Assembly: GCA_963729625.1 (NCBI GenBank)
Contig: CAVSOU010000017.1
Coordinates: forward strand, 64,001 to 128,000
Source of the DNA: an uncultured bacterium
GTDB taxonomy: Bacteria; Chloroflexota; UBA5177; JANWHV01
Length of the DNA stretch: 64,000 nt
Reading direction: 5' to 3'
Under the pieces are notes generated by a model. The model made no database searches, had not been told where the DNA came from, and saw only the letters and a program-made list of their open reading frames with translations. Below are positions 1 to 10,152 of this stretch, piece by piece. The translations under genes and the position numbers were made by a program. Each line of letters starts with the position of its first letter. Positions within the stretch are counted from its first letter, which is position 1.

Positions 1-105
1 ATTGATCCGCTGCAAGATCTCCAGCGTCGACAAGCGGTCGATATCGGCGGTGCTGGGGTTCACATCCTCGGTCGATTGGCCCCGCGCGGTTTCGTTCACC
101 AGCAC
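1..105 (-). CDS. murQ: N-acetylmuramic acid 6-phosphate etherase, 5' end (runs off window)
   Basis: Not in the ORF track. Minus strand from GTG at 105, with GAGGAG RBS at 111-116, reads VLVNETARGQSTEDVNPSTADIDRLSTLEILQRIN. This matches the MurQ N-terminal TExxNPxxxxIDxLSTxEILxxIN pattern. Confidence 0.8.
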   Translation of the reverse strand, partial: MLVNETARGQSTEDVNPSTADIDRLSTLEILQRIN

Positions 106-183
106 AATTGCTCCTCGCACTCTTGAGAATCCGCTGCCGGAGCGAGCGCCGTGCGACCCGCGGCACCGGCGCCACGCCCATGG

Positions 184-1470
184 CTAGCCCGCGAAAACAA
201 ACACTCCACAGCCCGTGGCCTTGGCAACGTACATGGCCTGGTCGGCGTAGCGAAGCAACGTCTCTGCATCAGTGCTGTGCTCGGGGTAGGACGAAATGCC
301 GAAGCTCGCGTCGATGGTGACGGTCTGGGTGTCCAGTTGGATGGGCTCGCGGACAGCATCGCGCAATTTCTGCGCTACCTCCGCGGCGTTTGCAGCGGTC
401 GTCGAAGGGAGAACCAAGACAAACTCGTCACCACCGGTCCGTGCCACCGTGTCCGACGCTCGCACCGTGGTGCTCATGCGCTCGCCGACGATCTTGAGGA
501 GCAGGTCACCCGCGTCATGTCCGTAGGTGTCGTTTATCGCTTTGAAGCCCGTAAGGTCGATCTGCGTTACCGCGAACGCCGCGCCTGTCCGCTTGGCTGC
601 CTCGCACGCCACCTTGAGGCGATCCGCCAGGAGCGTGCGGTTTGGCAAGCGGGTCAGAGGATCGTGCAGGGCAGCCTCCGCCAGGGCCTGCATGGCGCGC
701 TGGAGTTGTTGATCCAGCATCCTCTGAGCAGTGACGTCTTCCTTCACGGCGACAAAGTGCGAGATTGCACCATCTTGCCCGCTGATCGGCGAGATCGCCG
801 CTCGCTCCCAGTAGAGTGAGCCGTCTTTCCTGCGGTTGCAGAAGTCGCCTCGCCATTCGCGCCCATCGAGGAGCGTGCTCCACATCTCGCGATAGAATGC
901 ATCGTCCTGCACGCCCGACTTCAGAACTGATGGATTTCGCCCCATTACTTCCTCGCGCGCATAGCCCGTAAGGGCCGAGAACTTCTTGTTCACATACTGA
1001 ATGCAGCCTTCGCGATCGGTAATCACCACGGTGGCCGGGCTGCTTTCGACGGCGCGCCAGAGCATTCGCAATTGGACATCAATGCTGTCACCTTCCGAGA
1101 CCTCCCGGAAGTGCCAGACCCGCGCGACCGCGATTCCTCCGCGTTCCAGCAGCGGGCCTGAGCGGCTTTCCACCATGCGACCGTCCTTGAGACGGATGCT
1201 CTCCGCGCACTCCTCCATTGCATCAATCCCATCCTGACGAAGAAACGCGACGGAAGGGCTGCTCGTGTCACACTGGTCGAGCAGCAAGGAGAGAATCTCA
1301 ACCTCGTCGCTCACTGCATCGTCTGCCAGGCGCCAGATTTCCAGGAAGCGCCGATTGAACACCGACACGTGGCCGCGGGCATCGAGAACCAGGATGCCCT
1401 GCGAGGCAGCGTCAATCTGAGCCGTTATCCGCGCAGCGAGGCCGGAATCGGGAGCGCCAAGTGGTGACAT
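184..1470 (-). CDS. PAS-PAS/PAC diguanylate cyclase
   Basis: Two PAS domains (VITDREGCIQYVN, NRRKDGSLYW), then HDPLTRLPNR and an intact RTGGDEF. Confidence 0.92.
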   Translation of the reverse strand: MSPLGAPDSGLAARITAQIDAASQGILVLDARGHVSVFNRRFLEIWRLADDAVSDEVEILSLLLDQCDTSSPSVAFLRQDGIDAMEECAESIRLKDGRMVESRSGPLLERGGIAVARVWHFREVSEGDSIDVQLRMLWRAVESSPATVVITDREGCIQYVNKKFSALTGYAREEVMGRNPSVLKSGVQDDAFYREMWSTLLDGREWRGDFCNRRKDGSLYWERAAISPISGQDGAISHFVAVKEDVTAQRMLDQQLQRAMQALAEAALHDPLTRLPNRTLLADRLKVACEAAKRTGAAFAVTQIDLTGFKAINDTYGHDAGDLLLKIVGERMSTTVRASDTVARTGGDEFVLVLPSTTAANAAEVAQKLRDAVREPIQLDTQTVTIDASFGISSYPEHSTDAETLLRYADQAMYVAKATGCGVFVFAG

Positions 1471-1738
1471 GCTCTGCTAACCAGCCTTTGCTCGACCGTA
1501 CAGGCACTCGGGCACCGCTCATCATGGCACGGCAGCGAATCCCTCGTGACGAACGTGGCGATTTTAGCAGCAAGGCCGCCACATGGCAATTGGGGCCCAA
1601 AGCGTTCGGTATGCCGGGAGCGGCTCGTCTTGTCGTTATTGTCTACAATACCTATAGATCGGTGGCGGCGCCATCTGTGACGCAAACGTATGTCTGCGAA
1701 TCAATCGCAGTTTGGACCGCAGCAAGGCACGGTGAACC

Positions 1739-2983
1739 TTGTCCGCTCTCCGACCAAGCATTGGCCTGTGGATGGCCGCGATCGTTCGCCCCCTGAGCCA
1801 TCGCATCGCACTTCCCCGCCCCGCACTCTCGCTAGCGGCGGTCCTCCTGTGCCTCGGCGTGTTTGCAGTCGCCGTGAGACCACACATCGTTACCGGAGAG
1901 GTGCCGGGAGACGCGCCCGACGCGCTCGACTACGCCTATGGCGCGGCCGCCTTGCTCCACGGGAGTTACACCGTACAGTGGATCGGGCCTCCATCCATCG
2001 GCTCGGCCGATTCCAACGGAGTGGCACACATTCCACGCTATCCGCCCGGCTACTCCTTGCTGCTGCTTCCTGCCGTAGCGCTCGGCGGCGTAGCCGCGGC
2101 AGTGTGGGTGAATTATGCCTGCGCCCTGCTGCTGGGCGCGATCATCGCATGGCTGGCGGCGCGGCTTTGGGATATCAGGGCGGCGCCCGCGGCAGTGGCG
2201 CTCTGTCTGTGCTCGGTCGGCATGGTCACGTATGCGCACACGGTGATGAGCGATCTGCCAACAACGACTCTCGTCCTGCTGGAGCTTGCCATTTTGGTTG
2301 GTGGCCGCTCGCACAAGACTGCCCTTCTCGCCGGCCTTCTGGCTGGTGGCCTTGTGTGGATTCGCATCCCAAACCTCTTTCTGCTCGGCGCCGGGCTCGC
2401 AGCGCTGTCCGCCCTTCCCGAAGCGCGCCGCCGCGCGGTCCTGTACGTCGCAGGTGCATTGCCGCTCCTTGTGTTGCTCGGGCTGTGGCAAAACGTAACG
2501 TATGGCTCGCCATGGACCACGGGATATGCTGTTCTGCATACCGGGCCAACGGCGCATTCGGGAATCAGCTCGCTGTTTCGAATGCAGTATATGGTCGGCC
2601 AGCCGTTCGGACGATCGGGCCTCTCCTGGCGATTCCACTGGCCCAATGCGTTGCTCTACCTCCTTACATTCCTTGGCTTCAAGTTCTGGAGCGCACTGCC
2701 CGGAGCGTGCGCAGCAGGTTTGGGTTGCGCGATCTTGTCCATGCGCCGAACCGGCGCGCGCGGTGCGGTGAGCCGGTTCACCATTGTGGCACTTATCGCC
2801 ACGCTCGCTGTGTACCTGCCGTACTACTGGCAGGCCGTACGCTTTCTTCTCGTCCCCGCGACGCTGCTCAATCTCATGGCCGGCGTGGCGATGACGCAGT
2901 GGTTGGCACCTCGTGTATCACGGTGGGCGCACGGCCTCTTCGGCACGCCGAGATCCACCGACGCGGCATCTGATAGCGGATGA
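1739..2983 (+). CDS. Polytopic GT-C-fold glycosyltransferase (ArnT/PMT-like)
   Basis: PDALDY, RYPPGYSLLL and VMSDLP motifs with many TM segments. Start uncertain. Confidence 0.7.
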   Translation: MSALRPSIGLWMAAIVRPLSHRIALPRPALSLAAVLLCLGVFAVAVRPHIVTGEVPGDAPDALDYAYGAAALLHGSYTVQWIGPPSIGSADSNGVAHIPRYPPGYSLLLLPAVALGGVAAAVWVNYACALLLGAIIAWLAARLWDIRAAPAAVALCLCSVGMVTYAHTVMSDLPTTTLVLLELAILVGGRSHKTALLAGLLAGGLVWIRIPNLFLLGAGLAALSALPEARRRAVLYVAGALPLLVLLGLWQNVTYGSPWTTGYAVLHTGPTAHSGISSLFRMQYMVGQPFGRSGLSWRFHWPNALLYLLTFLGFKFWSALPGACAAGLGCAILSMRRTGARGAVSRFTIVALIATLAVYLPYYWQAVRFLLVPATLLNLMAGVAMTQWLAPRVSRWAHGLFGTPRSTDAASDSG

Positions 2984-3149
2984 CCTCCGGCGAGCCCCGC
3001 AGCACAAGCGGGCCGGTGCGTGCTGCGCAACGTCCGGTCCATCCATCGCACCAAGTGACATGCCATAGCATAGCAGCAGGAAGCAGCTGTGAGGACGTGT
3101 GTCACGATCTGCGCTGAGCTTGGAGCCCATTAGCCGACTGGAGGCCGTC

Positions 3150-3839
3150 ATGCCAACCAAGGACGCGACGACGATCCTGCGCCTGTCGTACATCATGCGC
3201 GAAGACGATCCCCTGCCGCCCGCGATTCCGCCGCTTCAGCGTGCTTCTATGATGAGTCTGGACCGTGGGGACGATGCAAACGTGTTCATACTCACGCTGG
3301 CCAACCATTCCGGCACCCATGTCGATGCGCCGCGCCACGTCGAGGCCGACGGGCTGCCGATCACGGCGTTCGAGCCGGCAGAATTTCACTTCACTCGGCC
3401 CCTGGTACTCGACTTGCCGCTGGCCGACGGAACTGTGGTCAGCCCAGAGAGCCTCGCCCCTTTTGCCTTGGCTATCGGCGGCGCGGATCTCGTGCTACTC
3501 CGCTTCGGCTATGGCAGGGTCCGCTCACACGAGCCCGCGCGATACCGCGACAGCTGCCCCGGCTTCGGCATTGAAGGAGCGGCGTATCTTCGTCAGCACT
3601 TTCCAGCTCTGCGTGCCCTTGGCATGGACGTACCGTCGCTCTCGTGCATCCGCTATCTGGACCAGACGATGCGCGCGCATAACGTCCTGCTGGGTGGCGC
3701 GGGGTGCCGGTTTCTGGTGATCGAGGACCTGAATCTGGACCAGGACCTCACCGGACTGGCAGAAGTGTGGGTCGCACCGCTGCTGGTCGAGGGCACCGAC
3801 AGTGCGCCGTGCACCGTATTCGGCGTGGTGCGGAGATGA
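3150..3839 (+). CDS. Cyclase-family metal hydrolase (kynurenine formamidase-like)
   Basis: HSGTHVDAPRH motif, LGMDVPS and IEDL. GGAGG RBS precedes ATG 3150. Confidence 0.88.
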   Translation: MPTKDATTILRLSYIMREDDPLPPAIPPLQRASMMSLDRGDDANVFILTLANHSGTHVDAPRHVEADGLPITAFEPAEFHFTRPLVLDLPLADGTVVSPESLAPFALAIGGADLVLLRFGYGRVRSHEPARYRDSCPGFGIEGAAYLRQHFPALRALGMDVPSLSCIRYLDQTMRAHNVLLGGAGCRFLVIEDLNLDQDLTGLAEVWVAPLLVEGTDSAPCTVFGVVRR

Positions 3840-4375
3840 GCGGCGAGACCTACGGCCACACCCCAATTGAGCGCATGTTCGCACTCCGAGATGTCTATGG
3901 TATTGGCTACGACGCGGAGCGAGGAACGCGGACTCCGGTACGGCTTGGCATGGCCGGCGCAGGTGGTGTATCTCAATCCAAGCACCTTCCGGCGATCGCG
4001 TCACTGAGAACGCTCTGGGAGCCGATTGTAGTAGCCGCCATCGCCGAGCCGGACGTTCGGCAAGGGCAGAAAGTCGCGACCCTGTATGGCTGCCGCCACT
4101 ACGCAAGCCTCGAGCAGATGCTCGCGGAGGAGAAGCTGGACGGCGTCGAGGTGCTCTCGCCGGACGCGTTGCACGTCGATCACGCGCTCGCCTGTATCGA
4201 ACGGAATCTCCCCGTACTCGTGGAAAAGCCATTGGCACCGACGTCGGACGCGGCGCGGCTGGTCTGCGAAGCAGCGGATCGCCGCAGCGTCCTGCTGATG
4301 ACCATGGCGAATAAGCGATATATCTGCCGTCAGCGAGGCGCGCCCTCGATGGTCCGTGACATGGCTTCCAGGTGA
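3836..4375 (+). pseudogene. Gfo/Idh/MocA oxidoreductase, C-terminal half missing
   Basis: ATGA overlap with the upstream gene; GAGGVS Rossmann motif and VLVEKPLA. Similarity stops at MANKRY (~4320), after which the frame runs antisense over the htpX 3' end. Confidence 0.75.
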
Positions 4376-5238
4376 GCCAGGCGGTGTGCCAGCGTGGGAT
4401 GGGTCTGGAACAGTTCGCCCAGCTTGTTCGTTCTGCCCGGAGGGACAATGAAGAAGGCGTTCATGGCCTGCGCGGTGCGCAGGTCTCTGGTGGGAATACG
4501 CTGCATGGAGCCGCTCACCTTGATCAGCGCCGAGCGCAGGGTGGCGGGCGCGCCGGTCAACAGCACCGCGCCGCGGTCCGCGGCATACTCGCGATAGCGC
4601 GAGAGTGCCCGCAGCAGGAAGAAGCTGACCACCCAGACCAGGGCGGAGACCAAGAAGACCATGGCGGCAGTGCTGTTCCGGCCACGACCACCGCGACCAC
4701 CGAAGCCAAGGCCGGTCCACATGCCGATCTGCACGATGAAAGAGGCGACACTGGCCAGCAGACTGGCGTAGGTGAGCACCTGCATGTCGCGGTTCGTGAT
4801 ATGGCTCAGCTCGTGCGCCAGGACGGCCTCCAACTCGGCCGGATCGAGCAGCTGCAGCAAGCCGCGGCTGACGGCGACGACCGCGTGCTTTGGACTGCGG
4901 CCAGTAGCGAAGGCGTTGGGCGCGCTGGTCTCCATGATCGCCAAGCGCGGCATGGGCAGGCCGGCCATCTGTGCCAGGCGCAGCACGACCCGGTGCAGGT
5001 CCGGCTCCTCCTGCTCGCCGATCATCCGTGCCCTTGTGGTGAGCAGCACCAGCTTGTCGGCGGCGTAGTAGTGAACGAGCAGCACGGCTGCGCCGGTCAG
5101 GACCAGCAGCACACCGCTCCCCGTGGCATACCAGAGCACGCCGAGGAACAGCGCATAGAGCAGCGCCAACAAGAAGAGCGTGAACCCCATGCGGAGTGCG
5201 AGCTGTGTGTCGCGGCCGTACCATCGTCTTGTCGCCAT
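4330..5238 (-). CDS. htpX: Zinc metalloprotease HtpX (M48)
   Basis: PNAFATGRSP, HELSH, SRYREYAADRGA and THP motifs. GGAGG RBS before ATG 5238. Confidence 0.93.
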   Translation of the reverse strand: MATRRWYGRDTQLALRMGFTLFLLALLYALFLGVLWYATGSGVLLVLTGAAVLLVHYYAADKLVLLTTRARMIGEQEEPDLHRVVLRLAQMAGLPMPRLAIMETSAPNAFATGRSPKHAVVAVSRGLLQLLDPAELEAVLAHELSHITNRDMQVLTYASLLASVASFIVQIGMWTGLGFGGRGGRGRNSTAAMVFLVSALVWVVSFFLLRALSRYREYAADRGAVLLTGAPATLRSALIKVSGSMQRIPTRDLRTAQAMNAFFIVPPGRTNKLGELFQTHPTLAHRLAHLEAMSRTIEGAPR

Positions 5239-5613
5239 CGTCGTTCCTCCTCGAATCCCTCCTGTACGTATCCGGCAGGGAAGCCAGCGACGGGCAGGGG
5301 ACCTGGACCGGGATGGCGCCAACTGCCGGGGACATGCCATCTCGATCCATAGTATGGTCCTGTTGACCGTAACGCCGCTAGGGTCGAAAGTCACTTGCGC
5401 GCAGGAGGCGTGATTGACCGGGCAATGCACAGGCTCTGTGTACAACTGGCGTCACCGCGCCGGCACTGCGCGCTACACTATGGGTGCGCAAGGCGCGCAG
5501 ACCCTGGGCGGTTGGATCGCTCGCACCAGACTGACTGGATCGAGCACCGCCCGGTTCATTCTGCGTGACCTCCACCGCCGGCGCACACCACCTGCCGGGG
5601 AAAGGTCGTAACC

Positions 5614-6030
5614 ATGGCCAACCATCAGGGCCCAAACGACGGCGACAGCGAAGGCGCATGCCGCGTATTCGGATACTACACGGGCTATTCCGAGGGACCA
5701 GTCCGCACGCTTGAGTGCGGCTTTCTCGGCGCCACCACGACGCTGCAGGACGCCGAGCTCCTCCTCCGCAAGGAGCACTATGCCTACGAGTTTTACGTGA
5801 TCGAGTACGTCGACGGTCGCCACCGAGCGACACGCTACTACGACGAGCACAAGGCGCCGAAATTCCATACCCAACGCGTTCGCGAGCGCCGTAGCCGCGA
5901 TCGCGCCACCGGCCAGCGCCGCCGTCATACGGATCACAGCCGGCCCATCGCAAACCCCGCTTCGCCCCAGCCTGCAAACCCAAGCCTAGCCTCAACCGAC
6001 ACGCTCATCCGCGCGGACTCACACGAGTAG
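5614..6030 (+). CDS. Hypothetical protein
   Basis: ATG with purine-rich RBS, gene-like codon usage, Tyr-rich globular N-terminal part. Divergent from htpX. Confidence 0.5.
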   Translation: MANHQGPNDGDSEGACRVFGYYTGYSEGPVRTLECGFLGATTTLQDAELLLRKEHYAYEFYVIEYVDGRHRATRYYDEHKAPKFHTQRVRERRSRDRATGQRRRHTDHSRPIANPASPQPANPSLASTDTLIRADSHE

Positions 6031-6189
6031 GCTGCCGCAAAGCGTCCGACTGATCCTGGGCCCGCCAGGCTTCGCATCCATGGTTCGGCGTGCTGCTTTC
6101 GGCTCGCCTGCCGGGGGCGCCACATCGGTCTGGCAGCTCACGCGCTTGCCAGGATTCAGGTAGCCCCGCTCGGGACCAGGCGGTCAGTA

Positions 6190-6290
6190 TCGACCTCACC
6201 GGGCGGCAGCCCAGCGTCGAAGCAGTAGTACTCAGCAACGCCCTCAAGTACTCCGATCCGGCGACAATGGTGGTGCTCGCACACGTGACC
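6190..6290 (+). pseudogene. Histidine kinase HATPase N-box fragment
   Basis: Isolated VVLSNALKYSDPATMVVL with no other kinase motifs around it. Confidence 0.4.
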
Positions 6291-6358
6291 TCTTCAACTG
6301 GCCAATGGCGTGGCGCCCGCCACGTGTGACCAGCACGCGGTTCATCGATGACGGCGTA

Positions 6359-7129
6359 TCAAAGGGCGAGGATGACCTCGATGCCGGCAGCACGAAACTG
6401 GTCGAGGCAGTCCGCCGGCGCCGCCGTGTCGGTGATGAGCGTCGAGATCACCTGGCATGGTGCAATGAGCGCCGTGGTAACCTTGCCGATCTTCGTGTGA
6501 TCTGCCACGACGACCACACGCTCCGCATGCTCGATGATCGCCCGGTTGGTGCGTGCCTCGATCATGTTGTATGTCGTCAGGCCGCGATGCAGCGAAAGCC
6601 CGTCCACGCCGACAAAAGCGGTATGCACGTGGAGATCGCGCATCGCCTGCTCGGTGAGGGGACCAGAGAGCTCGAGTGAGCGGCGCAGGGAGCCTCCTGT
6701 AACAGTCACCTCGATCCCGTGATCGGCCAGCTCCGCGGCGACGCCAACGGAGTTGGTCACGACGTGGAGGCCGGGGACACCGCGGATGGCACGCGCAACC
6801 TCCACCGACGTCGTGCCGCCGTTCAATGCCACAACATCTCCGGGAGCTACCAGCTGGGCCGCCGTACGGCCGATCGCGCGCTTCTCGGCTTCATGCAGCA
6901 CGGCTTTGTCCTGCGGTCTTGGCTCGTATTCAGCATAGCCGGATTCGACTACGGCTCCTCCATGCGTGCGGCGCAGGAGGCCCGTCGCCGCCAGACGATG
7001 CAGGTCACGGCGCAGCGTCGATTCTGAGTAGCCGAGGGTGCGGCTCAGGGCGGTGACGGTCACCGCGCCCTGCCGTGAGAGGGCGTGCAAGATCCGCTGC
7101 CGTCGTTCCTCGGCGAGCACAAGCACCAT
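6359..7129 (-). CDS. DeoR/GlpR-family transcriptional regulator
   Basis: SESTLRRDL...RRTHGGA HTH, EKRAIG, NGGTT and DHTKIG motifs. GAAGGA RBS. Confidence 0.93.
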   Translation of the reverse strand: MVLVLAEERRQRILHALSRQGAVTVTALSRTLGYSESTLRRDLHRLAATGLLRRTHGGAVVESGYAEYEPRPQDKAVLHEAEKRAIGRTAAQLVAPGDVVALNGGTTSVEVARAIRGVPGLHVVTNSVGVAAELADHGIEVTVTGGSLRRSLELSGPLTEQAMRDLHVHTAFVGVDGLSLHRGLTTYNMIEARTNRAIIEHAERVVVVADHTKIGKVTTALIAPCQVISTLITDTAAPADCLDQFRAAGIEVILAL

Positions 7130-7328
7130 TCCTTCTTGGTCGACCTGCGCCGTGCACGCGGTACGAGGCACGGCGAGGCTTGGCCCCGTCCCCGTGCAGT
7201 TCAACAATACGGCATCGCGCGGCGCGATGCAAGATCAGTCAGAAACTGCTCATTCCTGCATGAAATACGGACGGGTACACGGTGCCGGCGCTCGCCGCCG
7301 AATGAATTCAGAGAAGGGTAAAGTCATA

Positions 7329-7386
7329 GTGGGATCCGCAGGTGTGCCGGCCAACAAACGAGGGCGGGCAAGACGCCCGCGCCTCC
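7329..7386. repeat. Degenerate REP-like palindrome
   Basis: GCGGGC-AAGAC-GCCCGC hairpin (7364-7380) followed by GCCTCC, with a decayed inverted partner upstream. Resembles RAYT-type REP doublets. Confidence 0.35.
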
Positions 7387-7501
7387 ACGATCGTGTGCGT
7401 CAATGGAGATCTCGTGGACTCTTCACTTTGGGCTGCCTACACCAGCCAAGCTGAGGGGAACAGGGCGCATTCGCGATCGCGCAGGTTCGGTCAGCCGACG
7501 A

Positions 7502-7530
7502 TTGACAGCGCGTGTGCCTTGTGCTAGGCT
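7502..7530 (+). promoter_or_regulatory. Sigma70-type promoter of the sugar ABC operon
   Basis: TTGACA-17 bp-TAGGCT with extended TGn. Confidence 0.75.
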
Positions 7531-7674
7531 TCCCGATCGGAGAGCTCGACTGCGTGGTTCTCCAGCACGAGAGGAGGTGATTGCCGCCTACCGGATCCGT
7601 GACCACAGGCCAGCTTCATCAGGACTGCACGGTGCGTGCCAATCCACCGACTCACTGCCGACAGGGAGTAGGCT

Positions 7675-9171
7675 ATGTTGATGCTCAAGACTCGTGGACT
7701 GGAACATGGAGGCCCAGGGCAACCCGCCTGGCCTCTAGGCAGAAAACTCTTTGCATGGGTTGCCGCCCTTTTCCTCGTCACAACTCTCTTCTCTGGCACC
7801 GCCACCGCTCTACCGCGTGCCGCCGCGGCGGGAACGTCGATTACCGTGCTGACGGTGGGGGATCCGTTCGAATACCAGCTGGTCAAGCTTCTCCCGCAGT
7901 TCCAGAAAGCAACCGGGATCAGCGTGAAGCTGGAGTCCGTCTCCTACGACCAGATGCACGGGCAGCTGGTCAACGCGGCGATCACCCACTCCAGCACGTT
8001 TGACGTGGTGACGCCCGATGCGATGTGGATCTCGGAGTTCGTCGACAACGGCTGGATTCAGCAGCTCGACAGCTATATCAAAGCGAACAAGGCCGAAGTG
8101 CAGCCCGCCGACCTCATCCCCGCCGTCGTATGGAGCCTGGGCGAGTGGAAGGGGCACATGTACGCGCTGCCGATTGCGGCTTACGGACAGGATGTCCTGT
8201 ACCGCACGGACGTGTTCTCGGCCCTGCACCTGCAGGCCCCGCCCGCGGACGCGGCCAGCTGGTGGACCTGGGAGCAGTACCTGAAGGACGTGCAGGCGAT
8301 CAATGGAAAGACGGTCGCCGGGACCAAGCTCAACGGCACCGTGATTGCCGGTGCGCAGCCGGCGCCGATCGTCCACATGTACACGCAGCTCGCCGCGAGC
8401 TATGGCGCGCGGTGGTTCAAATCCTTCCCGAGCAGCCCGAAGTGGGATTTCACGGTAACCCTGAACTCCCCCGCCAATATCAAGGCGCTGTCCGTGTTTA
8501 CCGCGCTCTACCACAACTCGACGCCAGCGGCGGATGCCATGAACTGGTTCCAGGCCGGCACCGAGTTTGCGCAGGGCAAGGTCGGCATGATGTACTGGTG
8601 GACGCCATACAACTACCTGGTCGACAAGGCCGGGTACGAGGTTCCGCAAGCCGCGCCGATCGTCGGCAAGTACAGTGTGGGCGTGCTGCCTTCTGAGCCG
8701 GGTGTGCCGCAGACGGTCAGCGACGGTGGTTGGAGCCTCGCCGTCAGCTCGTTCTCGTCCAAGAAGGACGCTGCCTTCAAGTTCATCGCCTGGGCTACCA
8801 GTGCCAAGACGCAGCTGGCCATGGCCCTGCAGCCCGGCTACCAGTTCAGCGATTTCGCGCATCTGTCGAACTATACGGACGCTTCGGCGCAGGCGGCCTA
8901 CCCCTATCTGGGCGCCCAGCTGAAAGCGCTGCAAGCGGGAAATGGCAAGGCCGTGCGCCCGCCAATTCCGATCTACTCCGTGCTCGAGGGACTCTACGGT
9001 ACGGCGCTAAATGAAGCCATTCGTGGAGCGTCCTCGCCCGCGGACACGCTGGCCAGCGTGTCCAAGCAATTCAACAGCGTCCTCGGTGACGATGCATACG
9101 TTCCGTATCTCCAGCCGTCGTACAACGACACGCTGGCGAACACGGTAGCCCTGTTGAAGAGCCTCAGCTAG
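7675..9171 (+). CDS. Carbohydrate ABC transporter substrate-binding protein
   Basis: Signal-like N-terminus; FQKATGISVKLE, YRTDVF, GGWSLAV and AAFKFIAW motifs of CUT1 SBPs. Confidence 0.92.
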   Translation: MLMLKTRGLEHGGPGQPAWPLGRKLFAWVAALFLVTTLFSGTATALPRAAAAGTSITVLTVGDPFEYQLVKLLPQFQKATGISVKLESVSYDQMHGQLVNAAITHSSTFDVVTPDAMWISEFVDNGWIQQLDSYIKANKAEVQPADLIPAVVWSLGEWKGHMYALPIAAYGQDVLYRTDVFSALHLQAPPADAASWWTWEQYLKDVQAINGKTVAGTKLNGTVIAGAQPAPIVHMYTQLAASYGARWFKSFPSSPKWDFTVTLNSPANIKALSVFTALYHNSTPAADAMNWFQAGTEFAQGKVGMMYWWTPYNYLVDKAGYEVPQAAPIVGKYSVGVLPSEPGVPQTVSDGGWSLAVSSFSSKKDAAFKFIAWATSAKTQLAMALQPGYQFSDFAHLSNYTDASAQAAYPYLGAQLKALQAGNGKAVRPPIPIYSVLEGLYGTALNEAIRGASSPADTLASVSKQFNSVLGDDAYVPYLQPSYNDTLANTVALLKSLS

Positions 9172-9183
9172 CAAACACGGTCG

Positions 9184-9230
9184 ACCGGCGCAGGATGCCG
9201 CCCAGGCAACTGGCGGCATCCTGCGCCGGT
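9184..9230 (+). promoter_or_regulatory. Intercistronic 19-bp perfect stem-loop (mRNA stabiliser or attenuator)
   Basis: ACCGGCGCAGGATGCCGCC / GGCGGCATCCTGCGCCGGT between the SBP and permease genes. Confidence 0.8.
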
Positions 9231-9246
9231 TCGCGAGGGGAATGTC

Positions 9247-10152
9247 ATGGTCAACAGCAGTCTTTGGTCCCGGCGATGGCTTCGAAAGCTGGAGCCGCTC
9301 TGGTTTATCGGCCCCGCCGTGTTGCTGCTCATGGCGCTCGTCATCTACCCGCTGGTCTATTCGCTGCGCCACAGTCTGGAGCACTGGGACCTGGAACTTG
9401 CGCCCAATCCGCTCGGCTCGGTGGGCCTGCGAAACTATGATCGTATCCTCTCCGATTCTACCTTCTGGTCGGCCGCCCTGTTCACCGTCGAGTTTGTCGC
9501 CATCGCCGTCGGCGTCGAGCTGGTTCTGGGCACCGCGCTCGCTCTCCTGCTCGATCAGCGCCTGCCGGGGACCCAGCTCGCGCGCACGCTGATTATCATG
9601 CCCACCGCCGTGGCGCCGATCGTGGCGGGCTTCATGTTCCGCTACATGTACTTTCCCGGCAATGGCGTCATTGCCTACCTTGCCTCCCTTGTCGGTATTC
9701 CGGTTCCGGACACCGGCGTGCTGGGCTCGCCAAGCTGGGCGCCGCCGGGGCTGGAGATCACCGACATCTGGCAGTGGACGCCATTCGTCGCCCTGGTGGT
9801 GCTGGCAGGCATTCAGTCGGTGCCGCAAGAGATCATCGAGGCCGCGCGGGTTGACGGGGCCGGCGCGGTGAGCCTCTTCTGGCGCATCATCGTGCCGCAG
9901 CTGCGCTTCATCGTGGCCATCGTGCTGATCATCCGCATCATGCAGACCTTCAACGTGTTCGACGTCGTGTTCGCGGAGACCACCGGTGGTCCCGGCACGG
10001 CGACGACGTCGCTGAGCTACCTGCTGTACTTGCAAGGCATGCGCTACTACAACATCGGTTACGCCTTTGCCATGGCCTGGATCATCACGGGTCTGGCAGT
10101 CATCTTTGTGAACGTGTACATTTTGGTAGCCTTCCGGGGGATAGACGTATGA
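9247..10152 (+). CDS. Carbohydrate ABC permease (MalF/UgpA type)
   Basis: DIWQWTPF and EAARVDGA (EAA motif). Confidence 0.93.
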   Translation: MVNSSLWSRRWLRKLEPLWFIGPAVLLLMALVIYPLVYSLRHSLEHWDLELAPNPLGSVGLRNYDRILSDSTFWSAALFTVEFVAIAVGVELVLGTALALLLDQRLPGTQLARTLIIMPTAVAPIVAGFMFRYMYFPGNGVIAYLASLVGIPVPDTGVLGSPSWAPPGLEITDIWQWTPFVALVVLAGIQSVPQEIIEAARVDGAGAVSLFWRIIVPQLRFIVAIVLIIRIMQTFNVFDVVFAETTGGPGTATTSLSYLLYLQGMRYYNIGYAFAMAWIITGLAVIFVNVYILVAFRGIDV

